The notes: generated by a model not told the origin, from the letters alone. Counted from the first letter of the stretch, positions 53,886 to 63,980 are shown. The stretch: DNA of 64,000 bases from Omnitrophica WOR_2 bacterium GWF2_43_52 (GCA_001805445.1 MHGF01000034.1:102451-166450); one strand, 5' to 3'. Numbers and translations: made by a program.

Positions 53886-55668
53886 TTCTTTTCGTTATCT
53901 TAATCCGGTTACTTCAGCCGAGCCGGGCCGCTGGAAGACCCAGAGGACGCCTTACCTGGGAGGCGTCATGGATGCCTTTACCGATCCTTTTGTCGAGGAG
54001 ATAACCGTTATGGCCGCATCGCAAGTCGGTAAAACCGAAGCCATGTTCAATATGCTCGGGTTTATCATCGACCAGGATCCGGGGCCCGCGCTTGTGGTCC
54101 TGCCGCGCGAGAGCGACGCAAAGAGCGTTTCCTGCAATCGTGTCCTGCCTATGATTCAAAGTTCTTTTGCTTTGCGCCAGCATCTTCCCAAATTCTCGGA
54201 CGATATAACGAGACTGGAGTATCATCTGGACAGGATGATTTTGTATTTTGCCGGATCTAACTCGCCCGCTGATTTAGCTTCAAGACCTATTCGTTATCTT
54301 TTCCTGGATGAGATCGATAAATACCCGAAGTTCTCAGGCCGGGAAGCCGATCCAATAAAACTCGCTACTGAACGTCAGAAGACGTTTTGGAACAGGAAGA
54401 CAATCAAAGTATCCACGCCGACTACAAGGGACGGTTATATTTTCAGGGAGTATGAGAAATCGGACAGGAGCCGCTTTTATGTCCCCTGTCCTCACTGCGG
54501 CAAGTATCAGGTCTTGGTCTTTGGCCAGATCAAATGGCCTAAGAGCGAGAAGTCAGCCGAGCGCGTCAAAAACGAACGCCTTGCATGGTATGAATGCTGT
54601 CACTGCAACAAGCACATAAAAGATTATCACAAAAATAAAATATTGTTGCAAGGCAAATGGGTGCCGGAAGACGCCGAGCTTGATGATGACGGAAGCATTT
54701 CAGGAAGTATTATAAGGAGCAAGCATCGCGGGTTTTGGATCAACTCTCTTTATTCTCCATGGCTTAGGTGGAGCGATATCGCCAGTGAGTTTATGAAATC
54801 GAAAGATTATATCGAGCTTTTGATGAACTTCGTCAATTCCTGGCTTGCCGAAGTTTGGGAAGAAAAGATCGAAGAAACCACCATTGATAAGATAAGAGTC
54901 CTCTCATGCGAGTATGACCAGGGCATCGTGCCGGATGACGCGATCGTATTGACTGCCGGTGTGGACGTCCAGAAAGACCATTTTTATTATTGTGTACGCG
55001 GCTGGGGTTACTATGAAGAGTCGTGGTTGGTTAGAGCCGACCGTGTCGAGTATTGGGAAGATATCGTAGACGCGCTTTTCAAGACGGAATACAAACGCTT
55101 ATCGAACAACGAGACTTTGCCGGTATACATGAGCTGTATCGATTCGGGATACCGCACCGATGAGGTATACCGGTTTTGCAGGGATTGGTCGGACAGGACA
55201 AAAGCCATCAAGGGACAGGAAGAACTTGCGAACGGCCGCTTCTATAGAGCTTCCAAGATAGATATCAACTCAAGGACAGGAAGCGTTATCCGCAGCGGTT
55301 TGGTTTTATGGAATTTAAACGTAAGCCAGTATAAAGATAAAATCAACCGCCTGGTAACGACCCGGGATCCTCATAAATGGCATATCTTTAAAAATCCGAC
55401 CGATGAATACTTAAGCCAGTTTACCTCGGAGCATAAGGTTCTGGTGCGCAACAGAAACACCGGCCGCGCCAGGGAAGTTTGGCAGAAGAAAAAAACGGCA
55501 GTGGCAAACCACTATCTTGACGCGGAAGTCTACGCGGTGGCCGCGGCAGACATTATCCGGGCCCTAAACATCAGGAAAGACGAGTCAGCCAGAGTGCACC
55601 AGCGCATAGTCAGCCAGGATACCAGCCGTGGAAGTTGGATCAGAAAACGCGAAGGAAACTGGCTTTAA
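53788..55668 (+). CDS. Terminase large subunit (GpA family)
   Basis: EPGRW...RTPY, QVGKTE, LDEID, STPT, CPHC, GVDVQ, NHYLD. Confidence 0.95.
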   Translation: MTIVMTQDRKIWTPQEKQEWKPPEKITVSRWADSFRYLNPVTSAEPGRWKTQRTPYLGGVMDAFTDPFVEEITVMAASQVGKTEAMFNMLGFIIDQDPGPALVVLPRESDAKSVSCNRVLPMIQSSFALRQHLPKFSDDITRLEYHLDRMILYFAGSNSPADLASRPIRYLFLDEIDKYPKFSGREADPIKLATERQKTFWNRKTIKVSTPTTRDGYIFREYEKSDRSRFYVPCPHCGKYQVLVFGQIKWPKSEKSAERVKNERLAWYECCHCNKHIKDYHKNKILLQGKWVPEDAELDDDGSISGSIIRSKHRGFWINSLYSPWLRWSDIASEFMKSKDYIELLMNFVNSWLAEVWEEKIEETTIDKIRVLSCEYDQGIVPDDAIVLTAGVDVQKDHFYYCVRGWGYYEESWLVRADRVEYWEDIVDALFKTEYKRLSNNETLPVYMSCIDSGYRTDEVYRFCRDWSDRTKAIKGQEELANGRFYRASKIDINSRTGSVIRSGLVLWNLNVSQYKDKINRLVTTRDPHKWHIFKNPTDEYLSQFTSEHKVLVRNRNTGRAREVWQKKKTAVANHYLDAEVYAVAAADIIRALNIRKDESARVHQRIVSQDTSRGSWIRKREGNWL

Positions 55669-55911
55669 ATGGGCAAATGGCTTGAAAGAAAAACCAACTG
55701 GCTTAAAAACGACAATTACGACGGCGGTTTCAAAGAAAAGACGGCGGGGCGCCCGCCGAACGACAGCGAAGATTACGGAGTCAAGTTCATCCCGTTGAGA
55801 TGCCCCAGGTGCAAGAGCAAGAATGTCCTGTGTTACAAGACGGATTTTCCGATAAGGTACCACACATGCCAGTCATGCGGATGGAAATTCAAATCGATAG
55901 AGGAAAAATAA
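55669..55911 (+). CDS. Ogr/Delta-like Zn-finger protein
   Basis: CPRC...RYHTC..CGWKF.S.E. Confidence 0.7.
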   Translation: MGKWLERKTNWLKNDNYDGGFKEKTAGRPPNDSEDYGVKFIPLRCPRCKSKNVLCYKTDFPIRYHTCQSCGWKFKSIEEK

Positions 55912-55914
55912 TTA

Positions 55915-55968
55915 TTACCAGATTCTGGTAACGACTATATTGCAAAAGGATGTGGATAGGGATATTCT
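55915..55968 (+). promoter_or_regulatory. Palindromic site plus sigma70-like late promoter
   Basis: TTACCAGA-t-TCTGGTAA, then TTGCAA-N17-TATTCT. Confidence 0.6.
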
Positions 55969-56025
55969 TTAGGTTAAAGAGCACTGCGCAAGAGGTTTGG
56001 CCACCTTGACGCGCGCCCAATAATA

Positions 56026-56070
56026 GAAAAACCCGATAACCGTGCACGGGCGGTATCGGGTTTTTTATTG
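56026..56070 (+). terminator. Terminator-like hairpin in the late leader
   Basis: aaaaacccgata-accg...cggtatcggg-tttttt. Confidence 0.6.
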
Positions 56071-56089
56071 GGTAGCCAAGGAGTGAATC

Positions 56090-56305
56090 GTGAGCGCGTC
56101 GACAAAACAAGAGATGCTCGATAACGTCGAGAACGCCATCAACGCAAGGATGACAGGCGGGGCCGTCGCGTCCTACTCTATCGGCGGAAGAAATCTCCAA
56201 TATATCAGCATCACTGAATTGATAAAACTTCGAGACCAACTGCGAAAGGAAATCGCGGGCTCGAATGACACTACTACATACGCAAAGTTCGATAATCCGT
56301 CATGA
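56090..56305 (+). CDS. gpW-like head completion protein
   Basis: SYSIGGR.L....I.EL...R; lies between terL and portal. Confidence 0.75.
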   Translation: MSASTKQEMLDNVENAINARMTGGAVASYSIGGRNLQYISITELIKLRDQLRKEIAGSNDTTTYAKFDNPS

Positions 56306-58047
56306 AAACCAAACAGAATATATCGGAAAGAATGACGACCGGCATAGACAACGTCATTTCGTTCTTTTCCCCCAAGGCCGGGTTCAAGCGAAGGATGTAT
56401 CGGGAGGCAATCAATATTTCGCATAAGTTCGGCGCTTACAAAGGGGCAAGCAGGGATCGCCTGCGCTCCTCATGGCTTCCCGGAGGAGGCTCGGCAGACC
56501 AGGATTTGCTTCCCGAATTATCAGATATCCGGGAACGCAGCCGTGATTTGAACAGAAACGACGCGCACGCCTCCGGAATCACGTCCACGATGACCATCAA
56601 CGTCATCGGCACCGGCATCAGGCCTCAGAGCAGGGTGGATAAAGAAGACCTCGGCATAACCGAATCCTTGGCGAATGATTTCCAGAAAAAAGCCGAAAGG
56701 GCATGGAAACGATGGATGCCCTACGCCGATGCCGGAGAACGAATGGACTTTTATGAAATTCAGCAGCTGGTGGACAGGCAGATACTCGAGAACGGCGAGG
56801 CCATAATCGTTCCATTGAGGTTAAAAGACGAAGACAGGCCGTATCCATTGGCCCTGCAATTGATAGAGTCCGACCGGCTCAACACCCCGACAGACAAAAG
56901 AAGCGATAGGTCAATCCGTTCCGGCGTAAAAATCGGGGAGAAGGGAGAGCCGATTTCCTATTTCATCCAAAAGACGCATCCGGGCGATATCAGCTATCGT
57001 ACGAGAGAAGAAGCAAGGCAATACATTGAGATTCCGGCCAAAGACAAAAAAGGCAGAAGGAATATTTTCCATTTGTATTATGTCTCACGGTCCGGCCAGA
57101 CAAGAGGGATTCCCTTCTTTGCCCCGGTCCTTACTTATTTCAAAGATTTAGCCGAATACGCAGAGGCAGAGCTTGTTGCCGCGCGCATTGCGGCATGCTT
57201 TTCTCTTTTCATAACATCCGAGTCATCGATGGATGTAGCGGTTAACACAGCTTACGAGAAAAATGCATCCGGGCAAATAATCGAATCGCTGGAGCCGGGA
57301 ATGATCAAACACCTGATGCCAGGTGAATCCATCACCTCATTCAATCCGCAGAGGCCGAGCGCGACGTTCGAGCCGTTCGTGGACAGGATCTTGCGGGCGA
57401 TATCCGCGGCATTGGGCCTTCCGTATGAGCTGGTGGCCAAAGATTTTTCCAAGACGAATTATTCCAGTGCCCGGGCCGCGTTACTCGAGGCCAGGAGATA
57501 TTTCAAGGTCAGGCAGGAATGGTTGGCGCAAAAGCTCTGCCAGCCCGTCTGGGAGATGCTTTTGGAAGAGGCTTATTTAAAGGACGAGATAGGCGTCAGG
57601 AACTTTTACGAAAACGGGAAACCAATCCCTGCATGGTTTAGGGCGAGATGGATATCCCCCGGCTGGTCCTGGGTGGATCCGCTTAAAGAGGTCAAGGCAT
57701 CCAGAGAAGCTATCGCAGGAAATATTTCCAGTTTAGCGGATGAGGTAGCTGGGCAAGGCAAGGACTGGGAGGAGATTTTGGAACAGAGGGCAAGAGAAGA
57801 GCAAAAAAGAAAAGAGCTTGATCTTCCGGAGATGGCCGCTGGCTCAAAAACTCCCAAAGACGAGGAAGATGAGGAAACGAAACAGGAAGAAGAAATCCGT
57901 CAGATTCTAGAAACTGCCGAAGAGGTCAGCGAGAAAAATGAAAAGTTGAGCAGTGAGCTTGCGAGGATGGGAAACGACAACAGCATCTTAAAGAAGGAAC
58001 TGGTCAACATAAAGACCAAGCTGGAAAAGGTTTTAATCGATGGATAA
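56302..58047 (+). CDS. Lambda-family portal protein with acidic C-terminal extension
   Basis: RSRDL.RN, GQTRG.P, NYSSARA, VDPLKE. Confidence 0.93.
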   Translation: MKTKQNISERMTTGIDNVISFFSPKAGFKRRMYREAINISHKFGAYKGASRDRLRSSWLPGGGSADQDLLPELSDIRERSRDLNRNDAHASGITSTMTINVIGTGIRPQSRVDKEDLGITESLANDFQKKAERAWKRWMPYADAGERMDFYEIQQLVDRQILENGEAIIVPLRLKDEDRPYPLALQLIESDRLNTPTDKRSDRSIRSGVKIGEKGEPISYFIQKTHPGDISYRTREEARQYIEIPAKDKKGRRNIFHLYYVSRSGQTRGIPFFAPVLTYFKDLAEYAEAELVAARIAACFSLFITSESSMDVAVNTAYEKNASGQIIESLEPGMIKHLMPGESITSFNPQRPSATFEPFVDRILRAISAALGLPYELVAKDFSKTNYSSARAALLEARRYFKVRQEWLAQKLCQPVWEMLLEEAYLKDEIGVRNFYENGKPIPAWFRARWISPGWSWVDPLKEVKASREAIAGNISSLADEVAGQGKDWEEILEQRAREEQKRKELDLPEMAAGSKTPKDEEDEETKQEEEIRQILETAEEVSEKNEKLSSELARMGNDNSILKKELVNIKTKLEKVLIDG

Positions 58048-58864
58048 AAAGCAAGCCATTTTGGAAAGAAACAAAATCAGCCGGTTATTGGGTACTGAAG
58101 CGCAGGACGATAACCTAGAGAGAAATATCTTTTTGCTTGAGTCTTTGGGCAGGCAGAAAGATGTCATCGATATCATCGGCAAGGTTTATGTCTTGATAAA
58201 AGAAGGACAAGAAGGCCACACGTTCAAGGATATCAAGGACGAGATACGGGAATTGATAGAAGCCCTGGGCAGATATCAGGATGCGTTCGGCAAAGAGTTC
58301 AAGGTATTCGTCAGCAATTTTCCGCCCGGCGTCAAAGAGGTAAAAATATCCAATCCGCAGGATTTCAAGCAGGAACATCCCCAATCGATAAGGGTATCCA
58401 ACCTGAAGGAGATAAAGCCTAAAGAATTCCCCGACGAGATAAGCGTAAAGCGTCCGGCTTGGTATAAAGAGTTCGATTTCGAAAAGTTATTTAAGTTTTC
58501 CAAGGATTCAAACACCGGATTTTTTAAGCAGGTCAAGACGAGCCTTTTCAATAGTTTCATCAAGAACGTAAAACCCAAAGAGGCGATACCGGTCAGGCTG
58601 GTGACGGAAGACGGAGAGAAATTTTACCGGGCAGGTAATGTTTTTGTCGGGGGCGGAAGCGACAGCGCCATTTTGGCCGAATTGAGGAAACTGGTTGGCT
58701 TCGAAATCCCGGCATACGATTATATCGCGCTTACTTATGTGCCTTCGGGTAACGGCCAGGGAGAAATCGAAACCGTGACATACAAAAAAGGCGACGCCAC
58801 GGTAGCGGTCTTGGCTTTGACGTATAACGCGGACGATGAAATCGCCGCCATAACCAGGACTTGA
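58040..58864 (+). CDS. Phage hypothetical protein in the head module
   Basis: V.ISN repeats; beta-rich C-terminus YDYIALTY...TVTYK...LALTY. Confidence 0.65.
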   Translation: MDKKQAILERNKISRLLGTEAQDDNLERNIFLLESLGRQKDVIDIIGKVYVLIKEGQEGHTFKDIKDEIRELIEALGRYQDAFGKEFKVFVSNFPPGVKEVKISNPQDFKQEHPQSIRVSNLKEIKPKEFPDEISVKRPAWYKEFDFEKLFKFSKDSNTGFFKQVKTSLFNSFIKNVKPKEAIPVRLVTEDGEKFYRAGNVFVGGGSDSAILAELRKLVGFEIPAYDYIALTYVPSGNGQGEIETVTYKKGDATVAVLALTYNADDEIAAITRT

Positions 58865-58865
58865 T

Positions 58866-59363
58866 ATGTCGATGAAATTAAACCCCATCACGGGCAAGTT
58901 GGACGTAGTCGAAAAAGGCGGCCGGGAAGAAGGGACTTTCGGTTGCACGGATCAGGCTGTTCCGGCTGGCGAGACTTATACGCTTGTCATTCCTCTTAGC
59001 CGTTCGGATTACAAGATGGGGCATTTGCTTTTATACGTTCCCCAGGCGGCCGTTTCGTCCTGGCGAAGGGCGCACTCTTACATCATGTTCACGTCCGATA
59101 TAAATAATGCCAAAGCCCAGAGCACCGGCCGAAATTATAACGTGATCAGCCTTTGTGTTTTTTACGATTGGTGGGTGAAGGCCTACGCTTATGAAGACGA
59201 CGGTTTTCTTTCAGGCAACTTTTATAACAATACGGGCTGGCAGTTGGTCAGGATCAAGAGCGTGCAGATCGTAGGCAGTACGATTGAACTGGTGCTCGAA
59301 AACGCCCATGCCACGCAGGACGCTACCGTAACCATAAAAGGAAATTTTCATGTCTACAAATAA
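58866..59363 (+). CDS. Phage hypothetical beta-rich protein
   Basis: NPITGKLD N-terminus; co-oriented ORF. Confidence 0.6.
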   Translation: MSMKLNPITGKLDVVEKGGREEGTFGCTDQAVPAGETYTLVIPLSRSDYKMGHLLLYVPQAAVSSWRRAHSYIMFTSDINNAKAQSTGRNYNVISLCVFYDWWVKAYAYEDDGFLSGNFYNNTGWQLVRIKSVQIVGSTIELVLENAHATQDATVTIKGNFHVYK

Positions 59364-60549
59364 AATCCTCATGCTTATCAACGGCAGCCCTTTCGATTCT
59401 AACGGCGGCCTTGGCGTGCATACGCGCTATTTATGTGATGAGCTAAAGGATTTCGAAGACATAGAATTGACACTCCTCTCGGCCGATTATTACACGCAGG
59501 AAGGCGGGCTTTATTTGATGGGAGACAAAAAGAGACGCGTCCGTCCCGAGGACTGGAAACACGAGCCGAATCATTACCGGTTGCTTGAGGTTTATAACAC
59601 TAACCAGCTTTTGACCAGGATCGGATTCTTGCAGAAGATGATTACGGACGATATCTTTCTCGAGAACGCCCTCTCTTTTCTCGGGCACGAGAGGTTCGAT
59701 TTGATTCATTTGCACGATGCCAATTTATGGGGCGTCGCCAAGCATTTAAGAGCTTTGTATAAGTGCCCGGTTTTGATGTCCTGTCATCTTAATTTGTTAT
59801 TGTCGCATGACCGGCTTCCGGAGGATCCATTCTATCTTTATGACATCCAGCAGGAAGGATCGGCTTTATATGCTTGCAATAAGCTGTTGACGGTATCCGA
59901 GTATTACAAGCAGGCCATACAAGACGAATACTGGCTGGAAGAAAAAGCGGAAGTGGTGCCCAACGGGGTAGATTACGGATTTTTGGAGAGCATCGAATAT
60001 GACGAGGAACTCAAAAAGAAATACGATAAGCCCCTCGTGGTATTCGTGGGCCGCATGGTCCCGACCAAGGGGGTCTGGCTGATTCTGGAGTCAGTCAAGC
60101 AAATGCCGGATCACCATTTCGTTTTGATATCCGCCCTTTCGCCCACACTGGAGCCGTGCAATCCGCTTGCCCATGAAATAAAGAAAATGAAAGAGCAATA
60201 TTCGAACTTCGAATGGCGTAACTTTTGCCCCCAAGAGGATAAATGGAAATTAATGAAGGTTGCGGATATCGGGATCATGCCTTCTCTTCACGAACCGTTT
60301 GGGATCACAGCCCTGGAGTGGATGGGCATGGGAGTGCCTTTGATAGTAAGCGATACCGGCGGCTTGAAAGAATTTTGTAATGGAGATAACGCGACCCTGA
60401 TTGAGCCCACTGCGGAGAATTTGATTAAGGCTATCAGAAACCATAAGGCTGATGCCGAAAAGTTACGAAATGCAAAAGAAACAGCCAAGAGATATTCCTG
60501 GCAGAAAATCGCCGGGAAAACGAGGGACATTTATTTGTCAATGATATGA
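59350..60549 (+). CDS. GT4 (GT-B) glycosyltransferase
   Basis: GGLG.H, DLIHLHD, VPNGVD, FVGR...KG, PS.HEPFGI.ALE. Confidence 0.9.
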   Translation: MSTNKILMLINGSPFDSNGGLGVHTRYLCDELKDFEDIELTLLSADYYTQEGGLYLMGDKKRRVRPEDWKHEPNHYRLLEVYNTNQLLTRIGFLQKMITDDIFLENALSFLGHERFDLIHLHDANLWGVAKHLRALYKCPVLMSCHLNLLLSHDRLPEDPFYLYDIQQEGSALYACNKLLTVSEYYKQAIQDEYWLEEKAEVVPNGVDYGFLESIEYDEELKKKYDKPLVVFVGRMVPTKGVWLILESVKQMPDHHFVLISALSPTLEPCNPLAHEIKKMKEQYSNFEWRNFCPQEDKWKLMKVADIGIMPSLHEPFGITALEWMGMGVPLIVSDTGGLKEFCNGDNATLIEPTAENLIKAIRNHKADAEKLRNAKETAKRYSWQKIAGKTRDIYLSMI

Positions 60550-60896
60550 AAGTAATAGAACTCAAAAACCCAGAAAGTTTACCAAGGGGCATTTACAGAC
60601 AAGACCAGGCGACCCATTTGAAGATCTGTAAGTACGAGCAAGAAATAAATCGGTCAGGCCAATGCCGCGAGAAGCCAGGCTATTTCACCGTTTATACGGC
60701 CAAGTGCTTCAAACAAGACGGGGTTTATATCGAGATTCCCAATTGGCCCGGCGAAGAGTTCAAGATTGAGGGCACGGAATATGACGAGATGAGGAATATC
60801 AAGACCTCGGCGAAATCTTTGGCGGACGATATAACGGAAATCATAGCAAAATTCCTCATCGACAAAGGACACGTCGAGGGGAAATTAGTCGATTAA
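60546..60896 (+). CDS. Phage hypothetical protein
   Basis: Coupled ORF (ATGA overlap). Confidence 0.55.
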   Translation: MKVIELKNPESLPRGIYRQDQATHLKICKYEQEINRSGQCREKPGYFTVYTAKCFKQDGVYIEIPNWPGEEFKIEGTEYDEMRNIKTSAKSLADDITEIIAKFLIDKGHVEGKLVD

Positions 60897-60911
60897 AAAA
60901 GGGGGACAAGC

Positions 60912-61946
60912 ATGCCATATCAAACCGAAAAAATACCGAAAGCGGCTTTGAAGTTCAGGGAAGAAGACGTGCCGGTCGAAATCCTCACGTCTCAGGAAGG
61001 AGAGAAATCGAAGAAGCGCAAATTCAGCATGGTCGCCCATAGCGGCAAAGTCATGCTCAACCACTGGCTCTGGGGAAATCTGGCAATAGATTTATCCGGA
61101 GTTTCAATCGGCCGGAAGAAAAAGCCAGCGCTTAGGGAACACAATTCCAATCGCATCGTCGGCTGGACCGAAGGCATTAACATAGATGAAGAAAGAGGTA
61201 TCGTTGCTGAGGGTATCTTTTCGGAAAAGACCGAGGACGGCATACAGGCTCTGGAATTAGCCGACGAAGGCTTCCCTTGGCAAGCTTCTATTTACATCCC
61301 GCCCTTGGTAATCGAGAGGGTGAAGGATGGAGAAACAGCCGAAGTCAACGGCAGGAAGCTTAAGGGGCCCGGGACGATATTCAGGAAGTCCGTTTTACGG
61401 GAGGTCTCTTTTTGTGCTTTGGGAGCTGATGAGAATACCTCGGCAAGCGCCCTTAAGGATAAGGGCGATAACATAGATTTGGATGTGGAGATAATAGAAA
61501 AAAACAAAACGAAGGAGGTGGATAACATGGAGATTACTGAATTAACACTGGAAATGCTAAAGGCCGAAAGGTCTGACCTGGCCGATGCCCTTTTGAAAGA
61601 AGGCAGGGAGTCCGGAGCAAAAGAGAGCCTGGCCGCAGGAGTAAAGCAGGAGCGTGAAAGAGTTCTTGCCATCTTGAAAGAGGCCAAGGGCTTCGAAGGG
61701 ATGGAAGCTCTTGCCAATGAGGCAATAGAAAAAGGCGACAGCGTAGAGGTTGCCCTCGGAAAGTTCAAGGACAAGAGGCTATCCGAGCTTGAGAAAAATG
61801 CGCCGTCTAACCTCGGGCCTGACGGTGACGATGCCGGTAAAGGCGCAAAGAGCCATCTTGACAGGGCAAAAGCCTATCAGGCAGAGCATGGCGGAAGCAT
61901 GACAGATGCTTTAAAGGCAACGGCAGAGAAAACAGTAAAAAAATAA
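60912..61946 (+). CDS. Prohead protease/scaffold-like protein
   Basis: LREH....IVG, GFPWQASI, LREVSF..LGAD..TSA; helical tail with internal SD+ATG near 61528. Confidence 0.75.
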   Translation: MPYQTEKIPKAALKFREEDVPVEILTSQEGEKSKKRKFSMVAHSGKVMLNHWLWGNLAIDLSGVSIGRKKKPALREHNSNRIVGWTEGINIDEERGIVAEGIFSEKTEDGIQALELADEGFPWQASIYIPPLVIERVKDGETAEVNGRKLKGPGTIFRKSVLREVSFCALGADENTSASALKDKGDNIDLDVEIIEKNKTKEVDNMEITELTLEMLKAERSDLADALLKEGRESGAKESLAAGVKQERERVLAILKEAKGFEGMEALANEAIEKGDSVEVALGKFKDKRLSELEKNAPSNLGPDGDDAGKGAKSHLDRAKAYQAEHGGSMTDALKATAEKTVKK

Positions 61947-61979
61947 CAAGGTCACTTTAAAAAAAGAGGAGGGATAAAA

Positions 61980-62348
61980 ATGTCACAGCAAACAGAAAAT
62001 GGCTTAAAGACCTTTACGGCCGGAGAAGTATTGGAGGCTTACCGCCGGGTAAAGCTGAGCGCCGGAAGCGGCTCTCAGGTCGAGTATGCCGATGCTGATG
62101 AGGCTTGTATCGGCGTTACTCAGATAAAAGCCGAGGCCGTCGGAGACATGGTAACCGTTGCCTTGGTTACAACCGGCAGGACCTTCAAGGTTACCGCCAA
62201 TGAGGCAATGGCGGCTGGAGCTTCCATTTACGCCGGGGCCGACGGCAAGGTTCAGGATACGGATCCGGGCGCAGGGACAATCAGAGGCACCGCGCTTGAG
62301 GCTACGACAGCCGACGGGGATATCATCGAAGCGATCATAGGTTCATAG
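61980..62348 (+). CDS. Capsid cement / DUF2190-like protein
   Basis: Small Ala/Gly-rich protein, G.ALEA....GDIIE; precedes capsid gene. Confidence 0.7.
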   Translation: MSQQTENGLKTFTAGEVLEAYRRVKLSAGSGSQVEYADADEACIGVTQIKAEAVGDMVTVALVTTGRTFKVTANEAMAAGASIYAGADGKVQDTDPGAGTIRGTALEATTADGDIIEAIIGS

Positions 62349-62393
62349 GGGCAGTTTGAAAATAAGGGTTTTCGAAAAAAGGAGGAATAAAAA

Positions 62394-63356
62394 ATGGGCG
62401 TAGAATATTCAGGAACTCATGCGAAACCGCGCCTTGAATTGGGCGTGGCGGTTATGGAGTATGTGGAGCAGGCCAAGGAGTTCATTGCGACGGCCTGTCT
62501 GCCTATCTTCAAGACAAAAAAGAAAGAGTCTTCTTTCTCGGCCATCACCAGGGAAGGCATAACGAGGGATGCCGACACCAAGCGCGCGCCTCGCAGTGCC
62601 TATAACCGTGACGGGTTCGAGGCAAAGGACCTTTCTTACAAGTGCGAGGAGCACGGCCTTGAGGGGGCATTGGATGACGGCGAGAGGGAAATGTATGCGT
62701 CCGATTTCGACGCTGAACTGGTCACGTCGCAGATCACTGCCCGCAGGTTGATGCAGGCGCAGGAGAAGAGGGTTGCGGATGCCCTTTTCAATACGTCGGT
62801 TTGGACCGGGGCGGATTTGTTTACGGATCATTCCGCTAACCCCTGGGACAACATCGCGTCCGATGTCGTCGGCCAGGTCCGTGCGGCAAGGGAAAAGGTC
62901 AGGGCAAACTGCGGGATTGAGCCCAATGCCTTGGTTTGCAGTAAGATCAACATCGATAATCTTCTGGACAACACCGGCATCAAGGATTCGATCAAGTACG
63001 TCGCTCGTCTGACCGAGGCCGAGATCCTCAACGCCTTGGCGGACATCCTGGGCTTAAAGAAAATAATCGTCGGCAAGGCAATACGCAACAGCGCCAAAGA
63101 AGGACAGTCTTTCGTAAGCGCCAACATCTGGAACGACGATTATGCCATGGTCGGCGTAATTGCGGAAGACGGCCAGAACCTGGTATTGCCGAGCGTGGGA
63201 AGGACTTTCTTGTGGATAGCCGACTCGCCGGATAACGCCACGGTCGAATCTTATAGGGACGAAGTCCATCGCAGTGACGTCTTCAGGGTGAGGCAGAATG
63301 TCGATGAGAAAATCATCGATGCTTATTTCGCTCACTTGATGCAGGTGGACGCATAG
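62394..63356 (+). CDS. Major capsid protein
   Basis: Size, position, Y.C.EHGLE, E.R.A..LF, PN..V pattern. Confidence 0.8.
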   Translation: MGVEYSGTHAKPRLELGVAVMEYVEQAKEFIATACLPIFKTKKKESSFSAITREGITRDADTKRAPRSAYNRDGFEAKDLSYKCEEHGLEGALDDGEREMYASDFDAELVTSQITARRLMQAQEKRVADALFNTSVWTGADLFTDHSANPWDNIASDVVGQVRAAREKVRANCGIEPNALVCSKINIDNLLDNTGIKDSIKYVARLTEAEILNALADILGLKKIIVGKAIRNSAKEGQSFVSANIWNDDYAMVGVIAEDGQNLVLPSVGRTFLWIADSPDNATVESYRDEVHRSDVFRVRQNVDEKIIDAYFAHLMQVDA

Positions 63357-63401
63357 TCGATTTCCGGCTTTTAATCTTTCGTTAAAAGGGAGGGATCGAT
63401 T

Positions 63402-63602
63402 ATGGAGCAGAAGTCTTTTCGCATAATCCTGGCCGAGCAGAAAAGTATCGGCGGTATAGTCAGAAATCCCGGGTACGTTCTCCTGGAAGGAGTGTGCCCG
63501 CAGATGTTGACGGCTGATGAGATAGGAGAACATATCCGGCTCGGGCAGGTCAAAGTAGAGGTCGTAAAATCCAAAGAGGAAGGCGGAGAGGCTCCGGTAT
63601 AA
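63402..63602 (+). CDS. Phage hypothetical protein
   Basis: ORF with SD ggagg after capsid gene. Confidence 0.5.
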   Translation: MEQKSFRIILAEQKSIGGIVRNPGYVLLEGVCPQMLTADEIGEHIRLGQVKVEVVKSKEEGGEAPV

Positions 63603-63621
63603 AGGGGCCTCTTTACTTTTT
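63587..63621 (+). terminator. Probable terminator after the capsid block
   Basis: agaggctcc-ggtataaa-ggggcctct-ttacttttt. Confidence 0.5.
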
Positions 63622-63635
63622 ATGAGAGGTAGCCC

Positions 63636-63980
63636 ATGAGCCTTAAAGATCGGTTTTCTCTCGATGTCATCGATTGTTTCTTGAACACTGCCGAGTTTGC
63701 AGAGGTGATCACATATACACCGGAAGGACAGGCAGGCAAAGAAATCAATGCGATCGTGGTTCGCGGAAGGCTTGAGCCGGGAAGCGAAGATCAAGGCAGG
63801 GGTTTGCAGAACCAGGTGGAGGTCTATATTGCAAACGATGCGGTGGAAGGCGTCACATCCGTGGATAAAAAAGACGACCGCATAACCTTAAACGACGTCG
63901 AAGGAACAAGCCGCCAGGCGCGTATCATCGAGGTCTTACATAAAGACGAAGGGGCATGGCATTTGCTTGTGGGGTGGTAA
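63636..63980 (+). CDS. Head-tail joining protein-like
   Basis: FLN..EFAE.I.Y.P pattern; position after capsid. Confidence 0.65.
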   Translation: MSLKDRFSLDVIDCFLNTAEFAEVITYTPEGQAGKEINAIVVRGRLEPGSEDQGRGLQNQVEVYIANDAVEGVTSVDKKDDRITLNDVEGTSRQARIIEVLHKDEGAWHLLVGW

